Source: Blepharisma stoltei ATCC 30299 (Eukaryota > Protista > Ciliophora). Taken from it: a stretch of DNA of 64,000 nucleotides. Shown here piece after piece: positions 11,046 through 23,789 of this stretch (the stretch's first letter is position 1; each line of letters starts with the position of its first letter). The stretch is taken from positions 372,001 to 436,000 of the forward strand of contig CBFDEM010000015.1 in assembly GCA_965603825.1 (NCBI GenBank), given 5' to 3'. The translations under genes were made by a program, and so were the position numbers. Under the pieces are notes generated by a model. It was not told the DNA's origin. It ran no database searches and worked only from the letters and a program-made list of their open reading frames with translations.

Positions 11046-11996
11046 TTAATTCTCTAAAAACTCTTGAATTTGATCCATGTTCAAGCTATTGCTCAAATCA
11101 ATACTTGCAGACTCTTCTGTCTCAATCTTCTTTCTTTCCGCGTATTTGAAGTTTTTCGTTGAAAATTGTTCCTTCAATCCAAGCTTCTCCAACTTCACAA
11201 GATGTTTAAACGTTTCTCTGCCATTTGGATCCAAATTTGTATGCTTATCAAAAATCAGCCCATAGTTTTGTGATAGCTGATTAGTGCTTTCATCTGACAG
11301 CTCTTTGCTTGTGCTTGCGTTTTCCTTTAATTTTCAGTTTTTCCGGTGTTTTTTATTTGATTTAGCGTTCTTTTTGGACGTTTTTTCGCTTTTTAAACTG
11401 ACCATTGGCGTTGTGCATTTAATTGGCACCGATATAGGATCGAATTTTCCTCCGAGTATTTTGCATAAAGGGAGAGCTTGAGACTTTGCTAAAGTATTAA
11501 TAGGAGTTATCCCCTGGCTGGGCTTAGAGCTCTTCCTGCGTTCTTTATTTTTACTGCTTGGGATGTTAAATTTCACATTGTTTTCTATATATTTTTCAGT
11601 TTGTGCTGTGCTTGTTAATGACTCTTTCAGTCCAGTCATCATTAAATCGAGGTCTTTTGCGCTTGAAGAATCCTCACTTTGCTTGTTGATTTCGATTTTG
11701 AAATGATCATTCGGGCTGAGAAAAATAGGTTTCTGTGTCTTTTCTGAAATTTCTGAGTTTATCATAGATGATGGCTCTTCCACTTCTTTACCGGAATCTC
11801 CTTTAAGCCGTCTTGGTCTGACCATCATTATTTGATTCCTTACAGCACTTTTTTTGAAAGGTGCTCCTGGAACGCACATTTTTTCTGTAAAATCGACGAA
11901 GCTTTGCATCTCAGAAAGCATTTCAGTTTGAACGCTTGCATCTGAGAAGGTGATACCACGTCCACAGGTCTTGCAGATACATTTATGCGTTGTCAT
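11046..11996 (-). CDS. Hypothetical protein
   Basis: ATG at 11996 (MTTHKCICKTC); TGA at 11334 read through joins ORF 11046-11234 in frame; ends TAA. Confidence 0.65.
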
Positions 11997-12266
11997 GCTT
12001 TTCTTAAAACAACTTTTTATCAAATGGCATTTACAAATTGGGAGTTATAAGAGCTAATAAGATCGAGCAATTAAATTGTCTAAATAAATTATCTTAAGAT
12101 ATTTACGCGTATAACTCGACTGTTTATGGCATTAGAAAAGGCTTTTTATAAATTGTCGAAGTTTTTTAGCGATTTATCATCAAGTGATCTTTGATAAATC
12201 TCTTTTATTGAAGCCATTTATTAAAGATATAAAGCTAAATATAGGAAGGATTTTCTAAATGATTGA

Positions 12267-13499
12267 TTAAGTATCTTTATGATAAAGGAAATAAAAGCTG
12301 AACACTAAAAACCCAACGATTGTGCTGAAAACGCTAAGATAATAAGGATAAGCACAAATCAAGAATCTTTCATATTGGTTATGTCTATAGGGTCTTACCG
12401 ACGCTTCAGTTGCCGTATTGATCCACGTGTATCCAGGCTGGTTAAAATGAACCTTAAACTGATAGACTCCATGTACATCAGGAGCAACAAACTCAGTATA
12501 AAACAGTCCATTATTGTTTGACAAATATTTTCTGATCTTTGGATCAAGCATAATGAAATCCACATAAACCTTGCTTGAAGTAAAAGGCTTCCATGTCTTC
12601 GTCTTTCCGTCGTACTCTTCAATATCAATTGAGTAATAAACCTTATCTTTCACTGTATACTCCTTCTCTAAATAGCCCTTTTCTACTGTCCCTGGTTTAG
12701 TGTGTTGACTAACTCTGTAGTTAGTTATTCCTGAGTATCTTAAAACTCCTTTATTTTTCAAAGCCCAATCAGAAATTTGTTGGCAAAAATCTTTGTTGCC
12801 TTTGGTTGAGTCATCGTAAAATTCATTTTTACATATATCTAAAGACCCAAGAATGACGAATCTTGCATTATTTCTGCCTTGTGTAGCAGCACCAAGGATT
12901 ATTTCTGAGCCGGAGTCAGAGTACTTGTCTTTGAATTTCAAGTCATTTTGAACAAAAGCCTTGCTGGATGCCACAAGTGTTGATACAGATAGCGAGGTCT
13001 CTTTTTTCATATAAAAAGGCACACCAGACAAATGAATTGGCTTGGCTGCCTTAGCCGCGATTATTTCTGGTGCTGTCACATTAGTGGTTTTTACAACAGT
13101 GTCTTTATCAGCATTATAAACTCTAGCCCCTTGCTCATAAAAATCGTACCCAAAATTGTTGGCTAATTTCCTGTATAAAAGCCCAGCATCGGTATCAGCA
13201 AACATAATGATGCTTCCTTCATAGGTGTCAAAGAAAGATAGTAGGTCATCAACAGTGGTTTTCCCACCCAAGTCTTCTACTGAAGGTGCAGCGAGAAGGA
13301 TGGCCTGATATAAAGCTTCTCCATACTTTTCTATCTTGATTCCTGCTGAATCTGCCATTCTGAATGTAAGTTGGTTGCCTTGAGATTCGAGAAAATTGAA
13401 ATATTTGGCATGAGTGTCTTTAATGTCCCAGCTATCAAGCAGCACAAGAATTTTGGACCCGGATACTGCAATTGCTAAGCTTAAAAGCACCCAAAGCAT
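12267..13499 (-). CDS. DDOST: Oligosaccharyltransferase 48 kDa subunit (OST48/WBP1/DDOST)
   Basis: Signal peptide; YGEALY, QGRNNARF..GSLD, PDVHGVYQF, VRP.RH.QYERF...AYPYY and a C-terminal TM helix. Confidence 0.95.
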   Translation of the reverse strand: MLWVLLSLAIAVSGSKILVLLDSWDIKDTHAKYFNFLESQGNQLTFRMADSAGIKIEKYGEALYQAILLAAPSVEDLGGKTTVDDLLSFFDTYEGSIIMFADTDAGLLYRKLANNFGYDFYEQGARVYNADKDTVVKTTNVTAPEIIAAKAAKPIHLSGVPFYMKKETSLSVSTLVASSKAFVQNDLKFKDKYSDSGSEIILGAATQGRNNARFVILGSLDICKNEFYDDSTKGNKDFCQQISDWALKNKGVLRYSGITNYRVSQHTKPGTVEKGYLEKEYTVKDKVYYSIDIEEYDGKTKTWKPFTSSKVYVDFIMLDPKIRKYLSNNNGLFYTEFVAPDVHGVYQFKVHFNQPGYTWINTATEASVRPYRHNQYERFLICAYPYYLSVFSTIVGFLVFSFYFLYHKDT

Positions 13500-14372
13500 G
13501 GCTAAAATGGTTATAATAAATAATATCACTAATTTCTAAAGATAATTAAGTTATAAGAAAGGAAAACCAATCTATTCTCCTTTACATTTAATTTTAATTG
13601 TTGCACTTTAAATGTATAAAATCAATAAGAATTTAGTTAAACTAGTTATAAAATGATTATTTAACTTTTTGAACTGAATTAATATATTATTTTTGGTGTA
13701 GCTATTTATCGCGCTTCAAACGTGGAAAAATTCTACATGTGGAGTCTTAATTATGACTTGACTTCTCATTTAAACGCAATTTAAGCTTGGAATGATATAA
13801 ATAAATATATGAATGATATTAAACAGAGTCAAAAATTTGATGGAAGCATTAATAAAGATTACGTAATAGTTTTTTCAGAAGAAAATCAATTTAAATATTA
13901 ATAATAATTATTTAATAATAATTTAAACATAATTTTACGAAGTATGATTGATTTTATTTTCTATGATTTTCCCATCTTTTAAAAACTTATTATATAAAAA
14001 TTATTCATACTTTTAGTATTTTAAACAGTCCAATCTCTTTTAAACTCTGAATAAATAGATTGGTCAATTGTGGAGAGCACATAGGAGTATAACTACTGGC
14101 AATGATCATTGCTTTAAATGTTGGAGCTATAGGCTTCTGTTTTATTGAATATGATGCCTGAGTTAAAATGAAATTAAAATTGCCCTATTTCTAACGCGTT
14201 ATTAAGGCTAAACTAAGTTAACGATATTTTGCATAGCTGATAATTTATTTCTATCTTTTAAATTCAATGCAAAATCTTCTTCAGAGTAGAAATCTGGCTA
14301 GCTGGTTTACTATAAATTCAATTAAATTTCTCATTTACTTGAATTTCTGTCTTATTATATAAAAAATAATAT

Positions 14373-14612
14373 TTATCTATGATTATTTCTCTTAGAATTG
14401 GCCCCTTCTAGTGCTGCGTTTTCGTATTCCTTTATAATTTTTTGATAATGATATGCTTTTCTTCTTTCATTATACGTAGGACTTGGCACATCTGGGATAA
14501 TTTCTTTAACTTCAGGAACTTTTGGTGGGATTATTTCGATTTGTATAGTTATTTCTGCATACATTTCGCCCAGCTCCTTAATGTTTACTTCACTTCCCGA
14601 TAAATCAGACAT
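14373..14612 (-). CDS. Small hypothetical protein (79 aa)
   Basis: ATG-TAA ORF with protein-like composition, divergent from the LRR gene with 25 bp between start codons. Confidence 0.5.
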   Translation of the reverse strand: MSDLSGSEVNIKELGEMYAEITIQIEIIPPKVPEVKEIIPDVPSPTYNERRKAYHYQKIIKEYENAALEGANSKRNNHR

Positions 14613-14637
14613 TTTAATGATTTTTATATTCTAAACA

Positions 14638-17367
14638 ATGGAAGAGTCCAGCTATAAAGTATTTTCTAATTAGGATATCTGCAAGGCTAATAATGTTCAA
14701 GAAATCAAAGAAATAAATGACGCGTTGATTTCCCGCGAAAAAACTATAAGTATCACCACGAATCGATTGCTTGTAAAGCCTAATTAGAAAGATAAAGATT
14801 TCTATTGTCTTAGTGAAACACTTCTACAAAGCTCTGATTTAGGATTTTTAAAAAGCATTGAAATTCATAATCAAAACCTTTCTGTTGATGCATGCAAATT
14901 TTTGTACTTGGGATTAAAAGAGAACCTGAATATTATGCATTTGAATTTAAATTCAAATTTCAATTTGAATACCAACTCAATGACTTATATAAATTTTTTA
15001 TTACTGGAAAACACAACAATTGAAGTTTTAGATTTATCAGACAACAATCTACATGACGGTTCTATCTTTGAGCTGTCAAATATAGCTAAAGATATACGAC
15101 TTAAGGCGCTCATTTTAGATAGCAATGAAATAAAAGATTCTGAAATATGGCAAGGGCTGTCTATAAATGAATTTATTGAGGAGTTCTCTATTAGTTACAA
15201 CCCACTAACATTTGACTGCATAGCCTGCATTTTAGACATGCTAATTAATAACAAAGCTTTGAAATATTTAGGGATCAATGGGGTCGATTTAAGTGACCCA
15301 GCACCTATAAAAGAAAATCACCATGGATTTTTGACAATGCATGAAGCATTAATTTTTCAGCTGGCAAATGTTTTGAGATATAGTGGATTATCTATAGTTG
15401 GGATTGATATTGACCCTATGGACATTCTGGCTTTAGAAGAGCTGGAATGCACTCTTGTTAAATACAATCATTTTCTTACAGCAATAGTTTCAGAATCTAT
15501 AAACTGGCTAAAATTGCCTCCGGGAAGTCCTCTCATAAGAATTTTCCGAGCACTGAAAGCTAATACCAGAATTAATAAAGATTTTTATTTACCCAAATAT
15601 ATAAAAAATCCTCAGCACCAGGATTTATTTAGATTTTTAGAGGTATTGCGGCTAAGAAATGGAGAAACTATTTCTTACTACGATTCCAACAGCTCAGATT
15701 ATGTAAGAATAGAAGAGGAGTCTGCAAAGAAAATGCCTGAAACCCCCCAATTTTCCTTATCACAAGGGAAAATTAATTTCGATATTGATTTAAGCGATGA
15801 TGAAAGCATTGTAAACGACTTATGCAGAAAAAAGCTAGAAAGAGTAAGCTTGCTCAATGAAGTTAAGCCAATTAATGAGATGATACAGAAAACTATAATA
15901 ACTGAAGAAACGCCACAATCATCAATTATCACTACACCCAAAGCTGAGAATAGATCCTATATTTCAGAAAAGTCTCACATAATAAATAGCCAAAGTCCAT
16001 ATGCTTCTGATGGCTTAAAAGGAGACCAAATAATGGAGAATTTTCAAAACATTATTCAAGCCATTGAAAAATTTGATGGAAAATTAGAAGATTTGTCAAC
16101 TAGGGTAAACAGAATAGAAATTGCAGTGAATAGCTTACAGAACGAGGTCGTCTTGAACAAAAATGAAAAAAGCCAAGAGATTGCTGAAATTTCTCAAAAA
16201 ATCGCAGAAATTTCTGATAAAAAGAAAGAATTTATAAAAACACGAACTAAAAATGATAAAGCAATAAATGCGCTGACTGAAAGAATTACAGAAATAGAAG
16301 CAGAGCAGAAAAAATTCTCTGCGACCAAAGCTGAAATTGACAAATCCCTAAATCTTCTATCTCAGAAAATTACAAAGGTAACCAGAGTTCAGTCTGAGCT
16401 AATTTCTCAGCAAAAAAATGAAGAATACCAACAACCTGTGAGTTCTCGTACACAAAAATCCTCTGAAAATAAAATTATTAAGCCATTCAAACCTCCGACC
16501 AAGCTTAGAATTTCAACCAAAGAAAATGTTAAAACTAACAGTAGTGATGAAAGCACAATAAATGAAGAAATTTCAAAACTTGAGGCAGAAATCAAATATG
16601 GAGCATTTGACTATGTCGAACAAGAAAAGTTCAATAAAGATGTAAAACGAAGACTTTTGACATTAGAAAACAACGAGAAAAAACTTTCAAAAATCAAAGA
16701 ATTAACTCAAAATTTGCAAGCAGAATTAAAAAGCAAGCTATCAAGATTAGATGAAAATTTAAGGACTGCAGAAGAATACAATCATGCTAATAAATCTATT
16801 TTGTACTCTATTAATGAGCTTGAAAAAAGCATGCATATTCTAAATCACAAAGTCTTCAAAGAAATTTCAAACATTAAAGACAGCTTTATGATTGAATATA
16901 AAGATCCAGCATCTACAAATGAAAAATTTGATACATCAAAACAAAGAAATACATTTGATCCAAAATCTTTTTATAAAACTAACCAAAGCACTTTTCAAGG
17001 AAAATCAAGGGATAGCTCAATGATCAAAAATAATCCAATAAAAATCCCTAAAAAGCCAGAGGAATTTGGCAGCATCAAGCAGAATCAGTATGAAAGATAT
17101 AAAGGTGAAGTTTTGAAAAATGATGAAATCGATGACTCATTTGATGAGAGACTTATGAGACTTGATAAATCCATACAAAAAACACCGACATCTGACAAAA
17201 GTATTCAGTCTCCTGAAAAATCATTCATAACTGATTTAAGCGATGTTTTCCCAAGCGAGGCTGAAAGCATTATGCTTAATGTGATGCTGGATAAAATTGA
17301 CAAAAATCGAAAAGTGGCCTCAAATTACTCTTCTTTTTATAAAAATAACGTAAGTAATTATGATTAA
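14638..17367 (+). CDS. Leucine-rich repeat (RNI-like) plus coiled-coil protein
   Basis: ATG at 14638; 15-nt introns 14659-14673 and 14773-14787 link it to ORF 14902. LRRs LDLSDNNL, LILDSNEI, FSISYNPL; long coiled-coil C-terminal half. Confidence 0.85.
14659..14673 (+). other. 15-nt intron GTATTTTCTAATTAG
   Basis: Phase 0, ends in an in-frame TAG, A at position 10. Confidence 0.85.
14773..14787 (+). other. 15-nt intron GTAAAGCCTAATTAG
   Basis: Phase 0, ends in an in-frame TAG, A at position 10. Confidence 0.85.
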
Positions 17368-17499
17368 TTCACTATAAATACATAAGATAAAACCATGAAG
17401 AAATGATGAAGTTAATATTCTATTTATTAGCCGAACGCTCTAAAAGCAGAATGCTATTTATCATAAGACTCTATTTAAATTTAAAGCTCATAACTTTAA

Positions 17500-18720
17500 T
17501 TAAGCGCTTTCCAAAGAGTCCTTGATAGCAGCTGCTACGTACTCAACGTTATGAGTGTTGATTCCTGTCATAGAAATTCTTCCGTTCTTCAACATATAGC
17601 AGTGCCATTTATTAATCATAACCTCACACTGTGCAGGAGTTAATCCAGTGTAGCTGAACATCCCAATTTGTGATGTGATATGAGTCCAATCTCCTGCTAT
17701 TCCCAACTTAATAAGTCCTTCATAAAGTGCTCTTCTCATGTCAATGATTCTGTGGGCAACGCCTCTCAATTCATTTTGCCAATTTTCTCTTAAGGCTGGG
17801 TCTCCAAGTATTTTTGCCATAATCAAAGCTCCATGAAGTGGTGGATTTGAGTACATAGCTCTTACCACAATCTTCAATTGGCTCAAAACTCTTTCTGTAG
17901 TATCACTGTCAGTGCACACAATATGTAAAGCTCCAATTCTTTCTCCATATAGCCCTGCATTCTTAGCAAAGCTCTGAGAGACTAAGCATTGGCCTCCTCT
18001 GCTAATGAAAGATCTGATTGCCCATGCGTCGGCTTCTAAATCTCCTGTGGCAAATCCTTGGTAAGCTGAATCGAAGAAGGCCAATAAATCTCTTGCGAGG
18101 ATGACTTCGAAGATTCTTTCCCATTGCTCGTGGGTAGGGTCAACTCCTGTTGGGTTGTGGGCACATGAGTGAAGAAGGACAACAGAGCCTGCTGGAGCTT
18201 CATTAAGAGCTGCAAGCATACCATCAAGATCGATTCCACGAGTTTCTAGTTTCCAGTATGGGTACTTTTTGACTGGAACATTGACTTTTTCGAAGATTGT
18301 AATATGGTTTCCCCATGTTGGTTCGGAAATTAAAACGCATGGAGGATGAAGATATACTGACAAAAACTCAGCTCCAATGCGCAAGCTTCCGGTTCCCGAA
18401 ATTCCTTGAGATGAAGCAACTCTATGCTCAGCAATAGCTGGAGAATCTGCTCCCAAGAGGAGTTCACGGGCAAGCCTAACAAATCCTTCATGACCATCAA
18501 TGCCTAAGTACTCGTGGTTGACTGCTGGATCTTCAATGAGGGCTCTTTCGGCTTCTCTGACAGCTTGGAAAATGAGAGGTTTTCCTTCATTGGTTCGGTA
18601 AGCACCAACACCAAGGTTGACTTTATTTGGGTGCGGGTCTTTGTTGTAAGCCACCGCAGTCCCAAGAATAGGGTCTGGAGGTGCAAGTTGGATATGGCCA
18701 AACTTATTGGATCCTGACAT
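17500..18720 (-). CDS. GOT1: Aspartate aminotransferase (cytosolic type)
   Basis: APPDPILG, KVNLGVGAYR, LHSCAHNPTGVDP, FFDSAYQGFA, SFAKNAGLYGERIG (PLP lysine), GRISMTG. Confidence 0.95.
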   Translation of the reverse strand: MSGSNKFGHIQLAPPDPILGTAVAYNKDPHPNKVNLGVGAYRTNEGKPLIFQAVREAERALIEDPAVNHEYLGIDGHEGFVRLARELLLGADSPAIAEHRVASSQGISGTGSLRIGAEFLSVYLHPPCVLISEPTWGNHITIFEKVNVPVKKYPYWKLETRGIDLDGMLAALNEAPAGSVVLLHSCAHNPTGVDPTHEQWERIFEVILARDLLAFFDSAYQGFATGDLEADAWAIRSFISRGGQCLVSQSFAKNAGLYGERIGALHIVCTDSDTTERVLSQLKIVVRAMYSNPPLHGALIMAKILGDPALRENWQNELRGVAHRIIDMRRALYEGLIKLGIAGDWTHITSQIGMFSYTGLTPAQCEVMINKWHCYMLKNGRISMTGINTHNVEYVAAAIKDSLESA

Positions 18721-18844
18721 TGTGGGGAATTATTATTAGCCATGATTAAATTTAAGATTTGCTATGCATGGGATTTTCTATTTAGATATAAGAAATAGAT
18801 ATTTATATTTGATTCATTTTTGTATTTTTATATTTCATTTATAT

Positions 18845-21481
18845 ATGAGTAGGGTAACAATACTTAATTACTTAGAAGCTATATCAGAGATTAAGAAAAA
18901 TTCTTATAAACAGATTTCGCTCCCACAAAATATTTATATCAACAATCACAGCTATTTATTAGAAAAACAGAGTAGCACTGATGAACTTTTATTTCTAGCA
19001 AAAGATGACCATGATGAAGAATATTTCATTGAATGCATCCCTGCTTCACTTTCTGATATTTCAGCATATGAGCGAAGATTTATTGAATTAACAGGACTAA
19101 TTCAAAGATTTGGAGTCACTAAATCTTATGGAGTTTTCCAAAGCTCTTTTGTCATAGCTACAAAGGCAGATATTAGAATCACCCTAGATGAATTCAATTT
19201 TTTTAAATCTTGCCTAGAAATCCCTAAAGCGATAAGAGATCAAGCTAAGTTGGCATTGGAAACAATTGTAAAAATCACACGTGAATTAGGGAAAAACCTA
19301 TTTTATGCTAAAAAGATTGGGCTGGGGATCGGGAATATTTCGCCAGAGACTATGTGCTTCGAATTAGTGAAGAATCCACAAAACCCGATTGTTATGTTAG
19401 GAGAAAGAGGGATAGAAGTTAAAATTGATATGATTAATAAAAGTTTTTTAACACAAGAATACTTGAAGTTCCCAAATATTTTCCCATATGAGTATAAAGA
19501 TATTTTAGATCTGTGAGGAGCTGGAGTATGCTTATATTGTGCTAAGGATTCCTTACTGATTGATGAAGTCCCATTTTTTGCAATCATGGATCAAAGCGAT
19601 AGAAGCAACGTAATAATGGAATCAAATTATCAGCCCGGGATAAGTGAACTGATAGTTGAAATGCTCTGCAAAAACCGCCATAATCCACAATATGAAAAAT
19701 TATTCCACAATTTAACAAAAACTTGAGATTTTTTATTAAGTGACACATGTTTAACTCTTCCTGATCAATTTGAAGTCAAAGCTTTATTTGCAAGTTTTTA
19801 TTTTGAGGATAAAAGCGCCAGGAACAAAGGCTTTGAAGCACTTTTTTCAAGAGAAAATGAGACAGTTAGGATGTTTAACGCATCACCGCACAGAGTAGAA
19901 GTAATAAGCAAAGCGATTAAAATTTTTTCAAACTATGAAGATCATGATTCAAACCATTATATTTACAATAATGCACTATCTACTTTAAACGGCTTAATTA
20001 TCACTCACAGCTGAATAAAACAGAAGGCTGGGTCCTTAGGAATCTATAGGCTACTCAAGGACAAAGTAGGAATTTCCAATGGGAAGATTAGAAAAGAGAT
20101 CATCAATTTTTTAATATTGATCTGCAAAGAAAATACACTAACTGGGCTGATTTTGGCTAAAAAGAAAGGGGTCATAAGAGAGCTATTGTACCCTCAATAC
20201 TTAAAAGAGTCAAATTCACTCATCCCTTTGCTTTCACTCTGTGAGGTAAAAAAAATAAAATTGCATTTTGATTTCAAAGTGATTGAAGGAGAAAACAATA
20301 AAATCCAAGCTCTGGCAAATATCCCTATCCATTTTAAACGGCAGCGGCCAGAGTTTTTATTGGACTTAGTCCAAAGCATTATGAATCCGATGGTAGAGGT
20401 CCCAACTCTGCATTTAGATTTTCACAGTTGCCTTCAGTCTTCATTAGAAATTATTTATGAAATATTATTTAAAAGCAAGCAAGACCAAGAAATCAACCGA
20501 AGTGGAGAATGCTGTAAGCTTTTCAATATCCAGTACCAAGAAAATGACGGTGAATGCTGCAAACTTTCAGCTACTGACTATCAATATAACTCATTCCCTT
20601 TAATAGTTACATGCTCAGAGTGTCAAAAACAATTTTGCTTAACCTGTTCAAGGTTTCATGCCTCTACATATAAAAACCACATAATGAAATATATTTTATA
20701 CCCTCAGCCATCTAAATCAATGTGCAGCTGTTCTAATAGTCATGACCATATCATTTACCCTTCTGTATTATGTGAGCTTAAAGAATACACAAATTTAATG
20801 CTTTTCGCTTCACATGGGACTCAAAATAAATACAATTTTTCAAGCGATGACGTGTCAGAGGAAATTAATATAACGAGCACTACAGAAATTATTATCTATA
20901 ATGATGATATTAATCCGATAACAATTTTTTATTATGAAATTGAAATAAAATCAGCAGGCTGGAGCGAAGATATAAAAATAGGGATTGATGGGACTGGAAT
21001 AGAATACCATGGAAATACAGGAAATATACTTCACAATGACAAAAGTATAGCCTATGGGCCAAGATTTGGCACAAAAGATACAGTAGGGATCGGAATAACT
21101 TCTAGCTATGTCGTGTATTTCACTTATAATGGGTACAATTTGCATATATATTTCCCATGTGATCCTATAAGAGAAATTCGGCCACTCATTAAGCTGAAAG
21201 GGGAAAATATTTCTATTCAAGTCAAATTTTCAAATTTTTCGATAGATTCGAGGTCCTATCCTGTCATTCCTCCAAATAAAATTGCGTCTATTATCCAAGA
21301 TATCGAAAATTGAATAAATTACTACGTTTACATGCTTGTCCCATACCCCAGAATCGGCGCAAACAAAGATCAAATATATTCAATCCTTCGCGATTTGAGC
21401 TCACAGCTTCCTATAAGTTTTCCATCCTTTAATAATTCATTTAGAAGATCCAGAAGACATGAATCTTGCTTATTAATGTAA
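18845..21481 (+). CDS. Multidomain protein: degenerate kinase-like domain, helical region, B-box-like Cys/His motif, SPRY domain, C-terminal CaaX (CLLM)
   Basis: Single 878-aa frame with four TGA=Trp. DL(W)GAGVCLY matches kinase subdomain IX; CSECQKQFCLTCSRFH; SPRY motifs YYEIEI, YHGNTG, YGPRFGTKDTVGIG, YFTYNG. Confidence 0.75.
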
Positions 21482-21506
21482 AATTTTAACATTTCTTATA
21501 AATTAA

Positions 21507-21875
21507 ATGCTGTTTTTCTTAGCTGGGATGAATTTTCACCTTCCCAAAGAAGCTAGAGAAGGCAGCTTAGGATATGGATATACTCTAGATGAGGAGAAAT
21601 TCTGTTCCAAGCTTCAAAAGGCAAATAAATGTCAAGGAGTCTATGAAAATGAATGCAAAGAAATCACAAATGACATGGAAAAATGCATAAATGCGACTGA
21701 TGAGTGGATAGATGACCTAAACAGGCTTTGCGAAAACGAAATTAATATCTTTGAAAACTGCTTAGAAGATGGGAGCAAATGTGAAATAGAAAGGCATAAT
21801 TTTATCCAGTGCTATTGAAGGACAAAGCCAAAATGGATGCAGACTGATATTTTTGATTATTGAAAAGAAAAATAA
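21507..21875 (+). CDS. Small CX9C-motif (CHCH-like) protein, probably mitochondrial intermembrane space
   Basis: CKEITNDMEKC, CENEINIFENC, CEIERHNFIQC (CX9C) plus one CX8C; extends through two TGA to TAA at 21875. Confidence 0.6.
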
Positions 21876-21900
21876 ATAAGATTTTATTACTTACAAATAT

Positions 21901-23265
21901 CTAGAAATTCCATTCATCGGCAATATATTTTACAGCGCCATCAAAATTAATTAATAGTCGCTGCTCATTGTCAAACCCAAATCCTAAATGTATATAATCT
22001 TGTAAGAAATTTAAATCTGATGGTAAATCTTGAACAGTTGTCTGTGAAACGATATAAATGATCACAGGCAATTGATCATCCATTGTTTCCAACTCTTCTT
22101 TACCTTTCCAGTAATCAACGACTGCCGTTTTCATCAGAGTTGCTGTTTGCAATAAACAGTTAATTTTCCCTAATGGAGTATGCTGGATCCCTATCGAATT
22201 TAAAGTTTCGATAGCTTGGATATAAGGCGGCTCACTCGAATTTAACCGGTATTTTTGTTTAAGCTAAATAGAATGTACTTCTAAACTTTGCATTAATTCT
22301 TGTGAAATCTTTGTATGGAAAAAATCTCTACGATCTTGGAAACGCTGATTTATGGACTGGTATTTTAGCCCGTACATTGATAGTAATTGCTTGATGAGTT
22401 TAGAATATATATATCGCTCAACTGCAGGCCGGCAGAATTGCATGACTTTTTGACTTGAAGTGTTGCTTAGATTGAAATGTGTAAATAAGGCTTCAACGGT
22501 TTCTTCAATGATTTTTTTTACGTCTTCTAAAGGTTTTGGAACTAAGGCAGCGCCTTCTACCAAGTCTTCATAGTCATCATTGAATTTTTCAATAAATTCT
22601 GCTACTAATTTTCCAACTCCATATTGCTGGCTGCTCAAAACTTTTGAAAATTGGTAGTAAGAGCTGCTTTCTAATTTGCTCGTCAAAACTGGCTCAATTT
22701 CTTCTCATTCACTCGGCATTCTGCTGCTCCTTTCTAATGGTGAAGGCTGCTCCTTCATTATTGCTTTTTCTAAAGCATCTCTAAATGTTTGAATTATTGG
22801 GAGAATTTTGTTAGGTACACCAGAGCTTCCTTTAGCTATAACAACTCGTGTACAAGCTCTTTCATTGACTGCTATAAGTAATTTTACTTCTGAGGTGTTT
22901 CGAGACTTTCTTTCTTCACTTATAGGAACTATACAAGAAAACAAATTTCTTATTGATGATGATGGTTGCTGCTCAGCTGTAATTGATGACTGAGTTTGCT
23001 CTGAAATTTGGAATTTATGCTTATTGCAGGCATTTTTGAATAAATCAAATACCAAACTTGTGGAGAGAGAAAGCGGGACTACTACTTTGTAGGAGGGAAA
23101 GCCAACTTTTGGTTTTCCGATTTCTGTTTGTCCGAATCGAGTTGATCCAGAAAAATTCCTTAATGACTGTTCAAGTTCGAGTGAGCGAGCTGCTTTGATT
23201 TCTTTAGTCTCTTCTGAGTTTTGATAATCACTTTGCTCGCTTTCTACCCTTGGCTGAGGTTCCAT
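21901..23265 (-). CDS. VPS9-domain Rab5-family GEF
   Basis: TGA at 22705 and intron 22264-22278 join three ORFs. PYIQAIETL, TPLGKINCL, ETMDDQLPVIIYIV and LINFDGAVKYI are VPS9 motifs. Confidence 0.85.
22264..22278 (-). other. 15-nt intron GTACATTCTATTTAG
   Basis: Phase 0, in-frame TAG; removal restores the VPS9 domain. Confidence 0.88.
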
Positions 23266-23789
23266 GTTTATAGCATAAAAATTAGCTTTAATTTTTGAAT
23301 AGTGAATGAATATCTTTGCAGTTTACTAAAGATTCTTGTGTTTATAGTCATCATTCTTTTAATATAAAATATTTAAATTTAAAATTTATTGCTACTATTA
23401 TTTCTTCAATTTTGAAAACATTTTTAATAGCAGATTTTAGACTTGGAGTAGTTAAAGTAATAACCTAGCTTTACTCTCCAGTTTAAAGACTATCTCCTCG
23501 TTGCTTATTTCATATCCAATGTTCAAGAAGCATGATTACTATGGCATCTTAAAATTATCACTAATTTAGCTTCTCTAAAGAGGGTTCGGCTCAAATAAAC
23601 TATTATGAATTAATTAATAGCGCCTCTACTAATTTCTTTCTAGTCCTCTATATTAATTTTGTTCATATAATATATCCTTTCTGTATTATACTTAATTATT
23701 GGAGCCTTATTTTGTCCCACTAAGAAAAGACTGCATGCAGATTAAAGCCATATTGAATAAGGAAAAATTCTGCAATAATTTTCTAATAT

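Noticed and set aside
14095-14165. Palindrome gcaatgatcattgc and possible C/D-box snoRNA (atgatc...ctga)
   Set aside because: Box C is imperfect, the terminal stem is weak and no rRNA-complementary guide was recognised.
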